A stretch of DNA of 64,000 bases, from contig NC_043011.1 in NCBI RefSeq assembly GCF_006345805.1, forward strand, positions 18,302,464-18,366,463, in the 5' to 3' direction. Below are positions 52,380 through 64,000 of the stretch, one piece after another (the first letter of the stretch is position 1; every line of letters begins with the position of its first letter). The position numbers were made by a program, and so were the translations under genes. Under the pieces are notes generated by a model, which saw nothing but the letters and a program-made list of their open reading frames with translations, had not been told where the DNA came from and ran no database searches. Source of the DNA: Octopus sinensis. Its lineage: Eukaryota.

Positions 52380-53240
52380 GGATAATCACATGTGAGACGC
52401 AGTGCGTGAGCATCAGCGCAGAAGGAGAGAACGATTGCACAAAGACCAGCAGGCGGAAATAAGGAATACAAATCACGCGAGGATGACACACAGACGGAAC
52501 GAAATAAGTCGAGGGCAGAAGGAACGTATCCTACGGGATGGGAGGGAAATAAATCAGCCAGGATCAAAGAGAAGTGTATTTTCAAAATAAGAGAGATAGT
52601 GATCAACAGAATCGAGAACACATGAGTTAAGAGCAAAGGCAGCTGTACTTAGAAAATATGAGAAACTGAGTTTAAGAAGGAAAAATATTTGAAGAAGCTG
52701 AAACACAGAATTATCTTATGACAGACAGAGCTCAAATAAGAAGATGGAATATAATATAAGAACAACAAAATTCTCAATTTACGATTGGTGAGATGAACGT
52801 AGTATGCTCAAACTGTCATGCACGTAGATTTCCGCAGGAAGCACTTAATTGTTGCCATAATGGTAAGGTTTCCTTCCCGAATCTACAAGAATATCCTGAC
52901 TAGTTAAAACTACTTTTGGAGAATACCGACATTGAAGGAATGAACTTTAAACAGAACATCAAATACGATAATCCAATGTCTTCATTCGCCTCATTTGGAG
53001 CCAATGTTACATCATCCCCCCTGGTTGTGGCCCATACTGTTTCCGCTTGCAAAGACAAGTCTATCATCATGCAAACAACTTACATCCTAAAAACAATGAC
53101 CCTAGAAGATATGCTCAACTCTATGTTGTTGATTCTAAAGAAACCTTACAAACAAGAGCTGAAGTGGCTCAAAATACTAATTGCTTGCATTCAGTAATGG
53201 AAAAAAAATGTGAGTCAAATGGTTGATGAAAGAAATCTTG
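52380..53240 (+). mobile_element. Helitron RepHel N-terminal coding fragment (pseudogene)
   Basis: IGEMNVVCSNCHARRFPQEALNCCHNGKVSLP, FASFGAN, GCGPYCFRLQRQVYH, YAQLYVVD (53110-53133), with frameshifts. Preceded by an Arg/Glu-rich region. Confidence 0.85.
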
Positions 53241-54730
53241 GTAAACCTTGCATGTTTCCAATATCTTAAAGGCTAAGAAATATCTATTACCCAATAAATT
53301 TGACAGAAACCGTGTGGAACTTATAAATATATGACTGATAAACAGTCTGTATCTTACTACATAAAGTAAAACATACGGGCTAAAAAATGGACTTAAGAAA
53401 ATGTTCAGTGAGTCGCAATATCATTCTAAATACTCATGCATGTAAGTATACGCAATTATTTACGCGACAACGTACATATTCTGCTAAATATGTTTCATAT
53501 TGACAGCTGTAGAAAACAAAATCACATCGTGTTTCAGACAAGGATATATATATACCCGCTTACAATGTAGAGATAAATAGACACACGCAAGAACACCTTC
53601 AGTCACATATACACATGTATAAGTACACCCGCTCACACACATGTACCTAGTGGGAGAAAGCGGGGAGAGATAGAAAGTAAGAAATGCACATGAATTGTGC
53701 TCATCCTACGTCATATTTTAAGATCTATTTTTATACGCTGAATATTGTATGCTCGACATATTCTTCAATTATTATGCTCTGCATTATACAACTTGGAAAG
53801 CATTAATTTTTCAGTTTAAGACTTACAAAATATAAAAAAAAAATCTGTAAGAAACCATCACGAAATAAAAAATCATGTTCTGGACTGATGCTACTTCAAT
53901 AATTTAATGATGTGTATAAAATAACTTGCTATAAAAATTCGTTATGCAGCACATTATCAATTGGTTTTTTGCTTCCTTGTATGAAGAGAAAAGAACAAAA
54001 ACAAGAAACAAAAAAAGTGAACTGTATCAAAAATATATATTAATGAGAATATTAAAGTGTTTAGTAAAAAGTTTATGTATAATTTAGTAGAAAAATGTTC
54101 GAATTTTTCAAATAATTTTATGATTCTCCATTTGATAATTTTAATGGAAATGATAACTTAAGCTACAATTCGTTATCGCAAGTTATAATGGTCAATTTCA
54201 AACTACCTAATTACGCGTATGAATATGAATTCAATAGGGTCATATGTAAAAAACCAAACAAACAAGGTGTTGTAACTAAAAATTGATATGTTTATTTATA
54301 ATACACCTTGTCAATAAATGATTACAATCTGTTATCTCGGCAATTTCAAAACTATCTCTATATATCTGTTTATAAATTTTATGTCTATCTGTCAATCATA
54401 TGACCATCTATCTACGCCTGTCTCTATCTCTCTATCTATCGATCTATCTATCTGACATTTTCTTATCTAATGCATCTATCCATTTTTAAGTGTGAGTCTG
54501 CATACATGCATGCATATGCATGCTTCTGTATAGATATGTGTATACATATGTGTGAGATATAAAGCGATAGACATGTTATAGAGGCATGCAAAGTAATTTG
54601 TAGAGATTACCGTCCCATTCGAGACAGCGAACAGAAAGCTGAAGATAATACGCATGGAAGTATATACCTTTACTGTAAGTACACATAACTATGAATGCAA
54701 ACAGTAGCACTGCTATGCATGCTTGCAAGT

Positions 54731-54915
54731 ATATTGGTTCAAATGTTTGGCACAAGGCCAGCAATTTCGACGAAGGGGATGAGTCGATCACACAAAACCC
54801 AATGCTCAACTTGTACTTATTTTATAGACCCCGTAATGATGAAATGCAAAGTCGACCTCGGCAGATTTTAAAATTTTGATGTCGAAGTAACGATTCCACC
54901 AGCTTGCCACCTTTG
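54731..54915 (-). mobile_element. Old OK-like SINE with internal deletion
   Basis: gcacaaggccagcaatttcg...gcaaagtcgacctcggcag...ccagcttgccacctt. Confidence 0.7.
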
Positions 54916-56176
54916 CATAGTAGTATATTAATGAAGCTTGCTAACTAAGCAATGAATGTATATTACTTTGGATAAAATATTTGACAACGCAACAGATGTC
55001 AACATTTTAAGTTTCTGACATACCACGCAACATCTGATGTATCCCAGACATCTTAATTTCCACATTATTTCTTCGTTAGCATTTTTTGCTCATTAGTGAA
55101 ATATGCCTGATGTTGTTGAATCTAATTCACTACAACTACGTATTACTCTTCAAACAGTATTCGAGGATGCGTTCAAGAACTAGAAAAAAAACGTTGTGAC
55201 TTTTGTATCCACTGTGGGTAGAAAATTTTTGCAGAAGACATGTTTAATTTAATTTTCACAAATGCAATAAAATTCCTTTCTACAAATTCCGTTTCTTTTT
55301 ATTTCATTTTAATTTATTTTGAGAGAGCTTTCACGTAATAAATGAAAACTTAAAAATCTGACTCCATTTATATGGGTTAAAGAGAAAATCGATATTAGTC
55401 AAGAAAAAATATATTTTGTAATGTATTTCGGTATGAATGGGAAGACCGTTTTGGACAGGATTTAGTTTTGTTATGGCTTCATATGCTCTAACATATTCTC
55501 TGCATTAATAACGGAAATATCAATAAGCAAATGTAGACGATTCTATACTGGTTACCATGATTTTTTTTAGATATCTGGCGAGTAGATATCTCGTGAAAGC
55601 GATCATTGCAAGTGGGCGTATTTAAATGGGTGTTACATTTTGATCGGGGAGGTGAACGGATCTAACCCTAAATAGTAAGGTATCATTGAAATATATAACA
55701 CGTTTTGTCTGAAAGAGTAAAAGTTTTATTTTCTTATTTGTAATCTCATCACGTCATAATATCGAGTAAAATAGATATTTTCTTCTCGAATATTATACAC
55801 ACATTACTAAAATTGAGTTGCTTTATGTAGCGCTAATTATAAAAAAATGTACCAGTAATTTTAGTTTTTACTTTTTATGTGATTTAATGAATTGAATCGG
55901 ATTATATAAGTGATAAGAGTTATGTTAGATAATATCGAACCTAAGCACGTATTGTAGATAACAAATAGTAGTCCATACTTATGATGTGTTTTGAAGCTTA
56001 AAACTAAAAACTGGGGCCTATTTCTACAATTGACTACCCAATAAATATTGAGTCACATATATTTGATACGAATTCATTCCTGTGTCCGATTGTTTTTACA
56101 TCGAGTATCTCAGAAGAAAGACTAACATGTGATGAACACAGCATCATTTGGAATAAAAACTAAATTGATCAGTAAA

Positions 56177-56365
56177 TACCAAGGTGGTGCAAATTGCTTA
56201 GAGTAAATTACTTTTTGAGTTCAAATTCCACAGAAATTGAATTTAACAGTCTTCATTTCGAAGCCAATAAAGTAAGTGCTACTTGGGCACCGAGGAAGCT
56301 ATAACTGACATTCTCTCCATCCCTCAGATTTGCTGGCCTTGTGCTTAAATTTTAAACCAGTATTA
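56177..56365 (+). mobile_element. Very old OK-like SINE remnant
   Basis: tttgagttcaaattcc...tttgctggccttgtgcttaaattt. Confidence 0.5.
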
Positions 56366-56474
56366 GTACATACCCAAGAGAAATTAATCGGATGAGGTAA
56401 AAATTCTGCTAAACGTTTTACTTATCCAGAAAGGGTTTTGAGTTATTCATTTGACATATTTGTGACATATATTT

Positions 56475-56705
56475 GAGCTGGCAGAAACGTTACCACGCCG
56501 GGCGAAATGCGTAGCTGTATTTCGCCTGCCTTTACGTTCTGAGTTCAAATGCCTCCGAGGTCGACTTTGCTTTTCATCCTTTCGGGGTCGATAAATTAAG
56601 TACCAGTAACCCACTGGGGTCGATGTAATCGACTTAATCCGTTTGTCTGCCATTGTTTGTCCCCTCTGTGTTTAGCCCGTATGGGTAGTAAAGAAATAGA
56701 TATTT
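56475..56705 (+). mobile_element. OK-like SINE monomer
   Basis: gagctggcagaaacgttaccacgcc...gggtagtaaagaaatagatattt. Confidence 0.88.
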
Positions 56706-58234
56706 AATATAATCGGGTAATGGATCAAAATATTGGGTATTATTTCAAATGATAAATGAAAAGGCCTCACTATACTCGTTAAGACATTTTATGTTCTGCT
56801 CATAAATTTTACTTCCCAAAAAGGGATTTCCAAGGGCATTAAATACAATATTCTTTAATATAAGGAGATTATAGTCATAAAATATTGTAGTTTTCTCCTC
56901 GGGAATTAAAATTTAATTATCGGAACAAATATCAAATTAAAAGGCAGCATGTTAAACGTATTAGTGAAATATATTCATCTACAAATAAAACGGTATAAAA
57001 AAGTGTTGTTGTTGCTGTTCTTATTCTGTTTGCCAAAGAATGTTTGAAAAGACCTGTGACCAAAATTTTCCAAAAGTAAGTATCACCTCGATTTTTAAGT
57101 CTGTTGTAGTATTAATGTTATTTTGCTTCCAGTTCTAGAAGGTCAAGTGACAACGTAGAGTCTCCCTGGTATACTTTTATCTAAAGATAATACATTGCAG
57201 CATTCATTGTGTTATTGTAATCACTTTTATAGAATAAAGACGCAATGTTGAATGACAATATTGAGGATGTCAAGGCTGGTATAAAACAAATCAATATTTC
57301 ACAATGCACCGTAGCAAATAATGTAGATTAAATTCTTATCACGCTAAGCCTGTATTTGAAAACTTGGTTGAAATTCTTTTCTTCTTTACTTATTTGTGTA
57401 ACAGTTAATGCAGAAATGGGAAAAGTCAGTATAATGCATTTCGCTTTCCCAAAATGTACAGGTTTCGTCCTCGATAAAATAGAGCTGGTTTAAAAGGTAA
57501 TGAATTCACAGAAGGCATATTCTGAGATAAATGTAACATGGAATGCAACTAAGTGTAGACTTATGCTATGTTGTTTAAAACTTTCTGAAACAAAGCAAAG
57601 AAAAATACGAAGATACCAGTTACATATGAGATTTAACCTTCTCAAATAGACATATCGCTCTTCTCAATAAATTGCTTTTATATCTTGCATTTCAAATGAA
57701 GTGAAGTTTAATTCTGTGAGGATCCTTGTTTCACATTCCTGCGCTAACATATCAGTAATGGGAAGTTGTAACACTCAATCCTCCATAATCCTCCATATTC
57801 ATTTCCATCAGACTCTCCGGGAATTTTCTAATGTAAATGTCATCTTTTACATTATACCCTAGATATTAATGTGGGATTTGCGACTTGTGTCAATATTTAC
57901 TAGATTGATCGAATGCATAGGTATCACCGCATGCACACGTGTATAATATTGGGCATACATTTAAAAATAACGCTGTGGTTTTGCACAGACATAATTCTTT
58001 AATATTAATTCTACATTACTTTGGGTACACAGTACAATTTCACAGGTACACCATTATTTATAAGCAATTTGCGTGATGTCAATGAGTTGCAATACACATG
58101 GTATTGGTAAAAGTTAAGTAAAGCTGAACATTAAGAGAACAAAACAAAACAGAGCAAAAAACTGTTCCGTCAGTAGAACTATTCCGTTAATACAATGCTT
58201 CGAGCGGGAAATATTGACAGAGAGGAATGAGAAT

Positions 58235-58333
58235 TAAGCAAAGGTGATTTGAACTCAGAGTGCAACGACTGCAAAAATATAGCATATAACATGCTAGCCG
58301 ATGTTTTAAAAGTCTGCCAATTTGCCACCACTA
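58235..58333 (-). mobile_element. Degenerate SINE head
   Basis: gatttgaactcaga...ctgccaatttgccacc. Confidence 0.45.
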
Positions 58334-58363
58334 TTTGCCTAGCAGTGCATTATTAAGGATACT

Positions 58364-58405
<42 letters not shown>

Positions 58406-59719
58406 TATATATATTTACATATATATACATGGATATATGTATATATGTGTGTGTAAGTGTCTATGTATATATGTTTATATATATGTGTAAATATATGTAT
58501 ATATATATGTGTATATATATAAACACATACACACACATATATATAGCTGCTTTAAAACCTGCACGTGACTCTTATGTACCAGGAGATTCTCATCTGACAC
58601 CTACCAGGTGTAAAATACATTTTTAATTATTAAATTTTATAGCTTTCATATTTTGTAATCAATACCATCGAGATATTTCATATGGATTGAATTAATTCTA
58701 TCGGTCCTAATTGGAATATATCTGTGAATATAATATATGCATATATTATATGTTATAGAAAGTGTAATACGAATCAAAGATAACTAATATAATTAGATGT
58801 AGCGGAGATAACAACGCTTTTAAAATATTATAAACAGTGTATTAGCACACGGTGGAGCTACATGAAGAGGAAATGTTCATTTGCTTGTATGCTTTTATTT
58901 CTTTCGAAACATTGTGAAGTCAAAAGACTTACATATATAATACTGCTCTACGATATCAATTCATTAACTAAATGCGCATTATTATAATCTGTACCTACTT
59001 GGTAATAGTGTCTGGTAATCAAATTGCTATAACAGTCTCCCATTAGGATTGACTATTTATGTAAGGACTATTTAATTAAGAGCCATTACGTAGCAGCGAT
59101 TACTTCGTAGAATTTTGATGTTTATGTTAATCACACGATGATGAGTGAAACCTAGACTCCTTTCAATTGATAATATATCACCACCACTTGCAATATTTAC
59201 ATATATACGTAATTATAATATAATGTGAAAACCCAAACACTTGTTTATCCATTTCAAATTCGTAGAGTTTTAACCCTACCATCTTCATAAAGGTTCTCCT
59301 TTTCTTGCAGCTCCTCGAATTCAGTAAAGCTGATATTATTAACGATGTAGCCATTATAATCAATGCATGAATACAAGGAAATTATTGCTTATTAAAGATA
59401 AACTGGATCAAAGTAGCGAAAGAGAGGAAGTATATGGCCCATGACAGCAATAGAAAATATATGTTATTACACGTCAAAACGTCGAGAGAGAAACGTTGCA
59501 CTGCAAAGCATAGTCAGTCACACATTCCATTCACATAGTCTAGTCTACCGCAGAGGCCGATTACAAAATTTTCAAAAATTGGGTATTTCTTTTAAACTAG
59601 TGGTAGAATTTTTAATAAACAACTTTGAAGTTCCATCGTAGCTATAATATGATACCCAAGTACTGATCGTTAACTACCTCTGCCTTTCTGGCCGCCGATG
59701 TTTAAGATCAAATAACAAT

Positions 59720-60065
59720 TCCGAAATGTGTGCTCCCAACAGTCTAGCTAGGTTGGCTGTGGACTGACTCGATATATTTACACCATTTTGTTAACAGCGA
59801 GATATTTGCTGCATGGGATTGCACCTAGAAAGTTACCCTCCCAGGCATAAGTCCGGGCAATGTTGTTTATGGAAGACCAGCAGTCGGCCATGCATACCGG
59901 CCTACCCTCTCCACACCACCAGTGTTATCCCAGGGAAAAGCAAAAACAGATACATCTTGGTATCTGTGACGTCGCAACACATTTCTACAGCTGATTGAAC
60001 TGCAGCAACGTGAAATAAATTATATTGCACAAGAACACAACACGCTGCCCGGTCCGGGATTCGAT
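59720..60065 (-). mobile_element. 5'-truncated tRNA-derived SINE related to the 11325-11575 head, with a different tail
   Basis: The reverse complement starts tcgaatcccggaccgggcagcgtgttgtgttcttg, as in 11325-11575, but the 3' part differs. Confidence 0.6.
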
Positions 60066-60109
60066 AAAAATGGTGCCGGTGGGATAAAGGGTAATTATAT
60101 TATATCAAA

Positions 60110-60610
60110 GATATACATGTATAAACTCTTAATATGTGGGAGGAGACCCAAGTGTTATGATGATATTTCACAATAAGATAGTCTATGTTAGAGAGATAAA
60201 GTATCTGAAGTGACGGTACTGTTTTGCTGCTGCTGGTGCAATGTATTCGGGAATATAATTGTTATTGATGAACGTGGAATGTGTACAGTAAAAATGCGAA
60301 ATAGTGTGTATGGTATTCGAAAGAATGTTAAAATGTGATTGTTGTGAATATAGTGATCGATACGCAAATTTTTGTGCACTTTATAGAATTTAGTAGATTT
60401 GCGTATATATCAGCGTTTATATACTCACACATGAACATATTGTTTTCATTATAATGAAATGTATATGCTATTCTGCCCAGCCTAGTATCCTTGAGAACCT
60501 CTGATATCAGCCTGTGTATGCTTCTTTGATATGTTAGAACGAGTGACCATTTCTTTGTCGGTCTTCTTTCTAGAGTGTTGAATGTTTTATTTTGTAGCCC
60601 TTGACACATA
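60110..60610 (-). mobile_element. Possible decayed PLE (Neptune-like) thumb/GIY-YIG fragment
   Basis: SLVLTYQRSI...KDTRLGRI, a Cys pair, and frameshifted N.IY.RIHCT..KQY..TSDTL. Weak. Confidence 0.35.
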
Positions 60611-62446
60611 TAGGGAAATATATAAAGAAATATGTTCGGGTATGCAAATCATTTTAGCGTATCATCCGCCAAAATATTAAGAATGATCCGTTGTTTTTAT
60701 TACATAATTTTCTGTTATGTCGTCTTTTCCACAATTCATATAATTCCCATTAGTGTTTCTCATTATACCTATTGCGATTTGTAATTTAAACGCACAGATT
60801 AATAATGTGGATAAAAAAGTGAAATATAGGATTTATTTACTTGTAATTTCGTCTTTGCTATTATAGTATTATCATAGCTTTGGATTGAGAAACAAATACG
60901 AACATTTTGATACTCCACATACAACTAACTGGAGACAGAACACATAGTTGACGCCTCTCGTTTAAAGAAAACAATATAAATTCAGTTTTGGAGGTTCGAC
61001 TTTCCATAAATCCAGCCAAAAACAAACGTTTACTTCCATCTTCATGATGCTTTCATAATTTCATAATGCCCCCGAATATATATTTCTTTTTGTTTCCGAA
61101 TATCATTTTCAATGTTTTACATCTCTCTTCGCTCTATTTCCTACTTCGCTTCCCTACATTTCCTATCTCTTTTCCCTATATTTGCTTCTTTACATTAGGT
61201 TGTGAAACGTGAATTATACAGTGTTACATACTTCTTGCCTTTAAATTCCATTTTCGTTATTTATTTTTCATTCATTACGTTGATATTTCAACAATGTAAC
61301 AACATCAAAACAAAAACCGAAACAAACAAAACACGAGCGCTATTTTGATAGCCATAAATATTAAAGTAAAGGGTACATAATGTTTTCTATACTGCAACGG
61401 CAGTAAACGTATTGTATATTTCGTCTGAAAATGCTCTTACGTTGTTATCAGCTATTATGTTTCGTGCTTCATTGCAGAAGTTTCCTGTTTTCATGTTCGA
61501 AAACACCTATGGCTAAGAAACATTGAAGTGGGAAAGTTGTGGCGACATACATCATACATATCGTATCAGTATATGATAATATAATAATATTAAATGGCAA
61601 ATTGTGCGTTAATTTACATTAAGGAAAAGAAGCGTCATCACGACAAAGCAGTTAGACATAAGCAATTCAACAATATTTTACGTATATGCACTACAGGAAA
61701 GTGTTTGCAATGATAACAGCAACAGAAGAGAGAATATATGCAACAAAGCCAAAGACAATATTGATTTTTTTTCCTATTGGCATAATACTTTCACATTTGA
61801 AGAAATGCTTCATTCATTAAATCGACACCAGTAAGCTGCTTTGAAATTTCTGACGGGTAAGTTTTATAGTGCTCACTCATCCAGATATGAATAACAGCCT
61901 CTAATTACTTCCTACCGTCGTTAAATTGCAGACATTAGATAATTCAGTCTGAATTACGTACGAAGAAGGCGTCTTTCGCTGAGGCTAGAAAACATTTTTA
62001 CGATTGGTGTACTCAGTCAGCTCTGACCTGTGACTAACCAACAATAACAGCCACATAATTACGAGCCAAAAGCAAATGACTCTTGCTAGGAACTTTAATA
62101 GATGTAAACCAATAATAAAAAAAAAGAATTACGGTGAACGAGTGAAGCTGCAAACAGCAGAAATCATTAAGAATAAAAAATATGTGAGCAAAATTCAACA
62201 TTAACGTAGATTTGTTGCAATCCGCATCTTAATAAAGAAACGAAAAGATTAAAAACTCTAAGATCGTATATAGTTATCACAGTATTAATAATTGGAGGAC
62301 TTACCAACCAATTTCAAACTATTTTCATGTTATCATTAACAAAGCGTTTCGATTGCTTGGAAATTAGAGCCATAGTGAATGGAAAAATTTCTAAATTTCT
62401 TGTATTTGAATATTTTGTGACGATTATATATGTATACTTATATATA

Positions 62447-62775
62447 GAGGATGACCACTAAAAACTGAAATGTTTGATGAAGTCAACATGTTCCTTTTCA
62501 ATCATTTTTTTCTCCTGCTATTTTGTTGTTGTTGTTTTTGCATATTATAGAAAATGACTTGGAGATTAAAATGTCTACGAATGAAATAGAAGAACGAGTA
62601 AAACACATTGATATTTTCTAGTCCAATGAAAGATCAATTATTCAAACTCAGAGAAAATACCAGTAACATTTTACTGTCAGAGTATCTCATCGCCATATCA
62701 TGATTTGGAAAATAATACGCGGTTTGAAAGAACTGGATCAATCAGCGATCTTCCGGGACCAGGTCCTAGACGCAT
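62447..62775 (+). mobile_element. Tc1/mariner 5' remnant (TIR-like end plus transposase N-terminus)
   Basis: ta|gaggatgaccactaaaaactg. MSTNEIEERVKHIDIF*SNERSIIQTQRKY...FERTGSISDLPGPGPRR resembles the F..TGSV.D.PRSGRPR motif. Confidence 0.6.
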
Positions 62776-63824
62776 TTTTAAACTTGGTCATTCCCAGTAG
62801 AGAATTTATATACAATATTGCAGAGTCGAAGGTTTTTATTTAAAGTGACCTAAAAATATAGAGTGTATTAGTAAGGTCAAATCGAAAACAAGAAGAGAGG
62901 ATTGAAGAAAGAGAGAAAAAAGGAAGAGAAAGAAAAAACGAAGGAGAAAAGAGAGAGAAGAGGGAGAAGAAAGTAAGAAGAAGGTTAGCAAAATAATAAA
63001 ATAATACAAAAATAAAAACCCTAAAGTGAAGAATAAAGGGAATAAAGAAAAAAGAAAAGTGAAGATATAGATCAGTCAGTGGTCTGTGGAAATAATTTGA
63101 AAGTAGGTGTGGAGATATGAAGGGTGAAAGAGAGAGAAAGGTATTATAGAGTAAAAGATAGAGGAATGAGAGGTTTAGAAGTAAAGGAATGAAAAATGTG
63201 TAGTAGTAGAGGAATTTATATGTTTAGCAGTTCGGTGCTTAGTAATATGAGAAAATATATATGTGACGATGTATATACATGTATATATCAGATAAGTTGC
63301 ATACACAATCCTTATTCGCATGCATATGCACTCATACACGATCACTTATACGTCCATGTGGATGTGTCATCGCCCCTGTATATGCAGGTATATATACATT
63401 GCATGCGTACGTATATTTACACATACCCACATACATATAAGCATAATCTCACTCATACATATACACGCTCGCATGGGTGTATGCACATATATACGAATAT
63501 AATCAGATGGTTTTATATGTGAAGAACTAGATAGGGATTAGGAGTTAGAGTGTAAGTTTATAATGTTATTGGGATTACCTAAGGAGTATTGTGGAAATGT
63601 ACTGTATGGTCATTCTGGCATTTCGATTTGTGGTAGAATTTAAATGTGTGATAAAAGTGGTGGTTGCATGTGCTTAGTGCCTCGTTATGTTTATTAAGCA
63701 GTGTTGGAGAGCTGTGCCCAACCCAACCCATTCTACTGACACTTCCTGGAACACCAACACAATCTCTAACATCCCTACACATAGCAGAAGTAATAGTAAC
63801 AATTGTAGTAGTGGTGGTGATAGT

Positions 63825-63903
63825 AACGATAACATTAGTAATGATGATGATGATGATGATAATAATAATAATAATGATAATAATAATAATAATAATAATA
63901 ATA
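63825..63903. repeat. (GAT)n-(AAT)n trinucleotide microsatellite
   Basis: Directly visible. Confidence 0.95.
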
Positions 63904-64000
63904 TAGAAATGTTCACCCCTTCTATAACCTCTCTTCTGACGATACTACCTCCTCTGTCACTGTACACGGTCCTCAAAATTCACCTAATTGTAATTGCCGT

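Noticed and set aside
26855-54660. Other CTGANGA heptamers (26855, 27431-, 27467, 29751-, 34985, 37980, 45396-, 53885, 54639)
   Set aside because: No stem II-GAAA-stem III-UH-stem I arrangement. Expected by chance.

Overview
AT-rich, microsatellite-dense eukaryotic DNA. The SINE families resemble those of Octopus (recognised from memory, not database-checked). No confident host protein-coding gene, rRNA, true tRNA or CRISPR array was found. The window is a graveyard of decayed mobile elements: Penelope-like retroelements (PLEs) of at least two clades (Penelope/Poseidon-type at 11.9-13.7 kb, Naiad-type at 50.3-52.3 kb), tRNA-derived SINEs that are often nested or dimeric, Tc1/mariner elements (one with DD36E spacing), Helitrons, an 8-bp-TSD MITE family, and R4/Dong-like and RTE-like LINE relics. 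The most striking signal is about ten type I hammerhead ribozyme (HHR)-like motifs from several sequence families. Two have an intact catalytic core and stems (35206-35247, 42265-42312). One lies in a perfect 64-bp-arm palindrome (18120-18250). Several sit in 200-350 bp non-coding elements inserted into (TA)n microsatellites, resembling retrozymes or non-autonomous PLEs. A 100-N gap lies at 47876-47975. Most ORFs in the supplied track are microsatellite translations. All translations, pairings and counts were done by hand.
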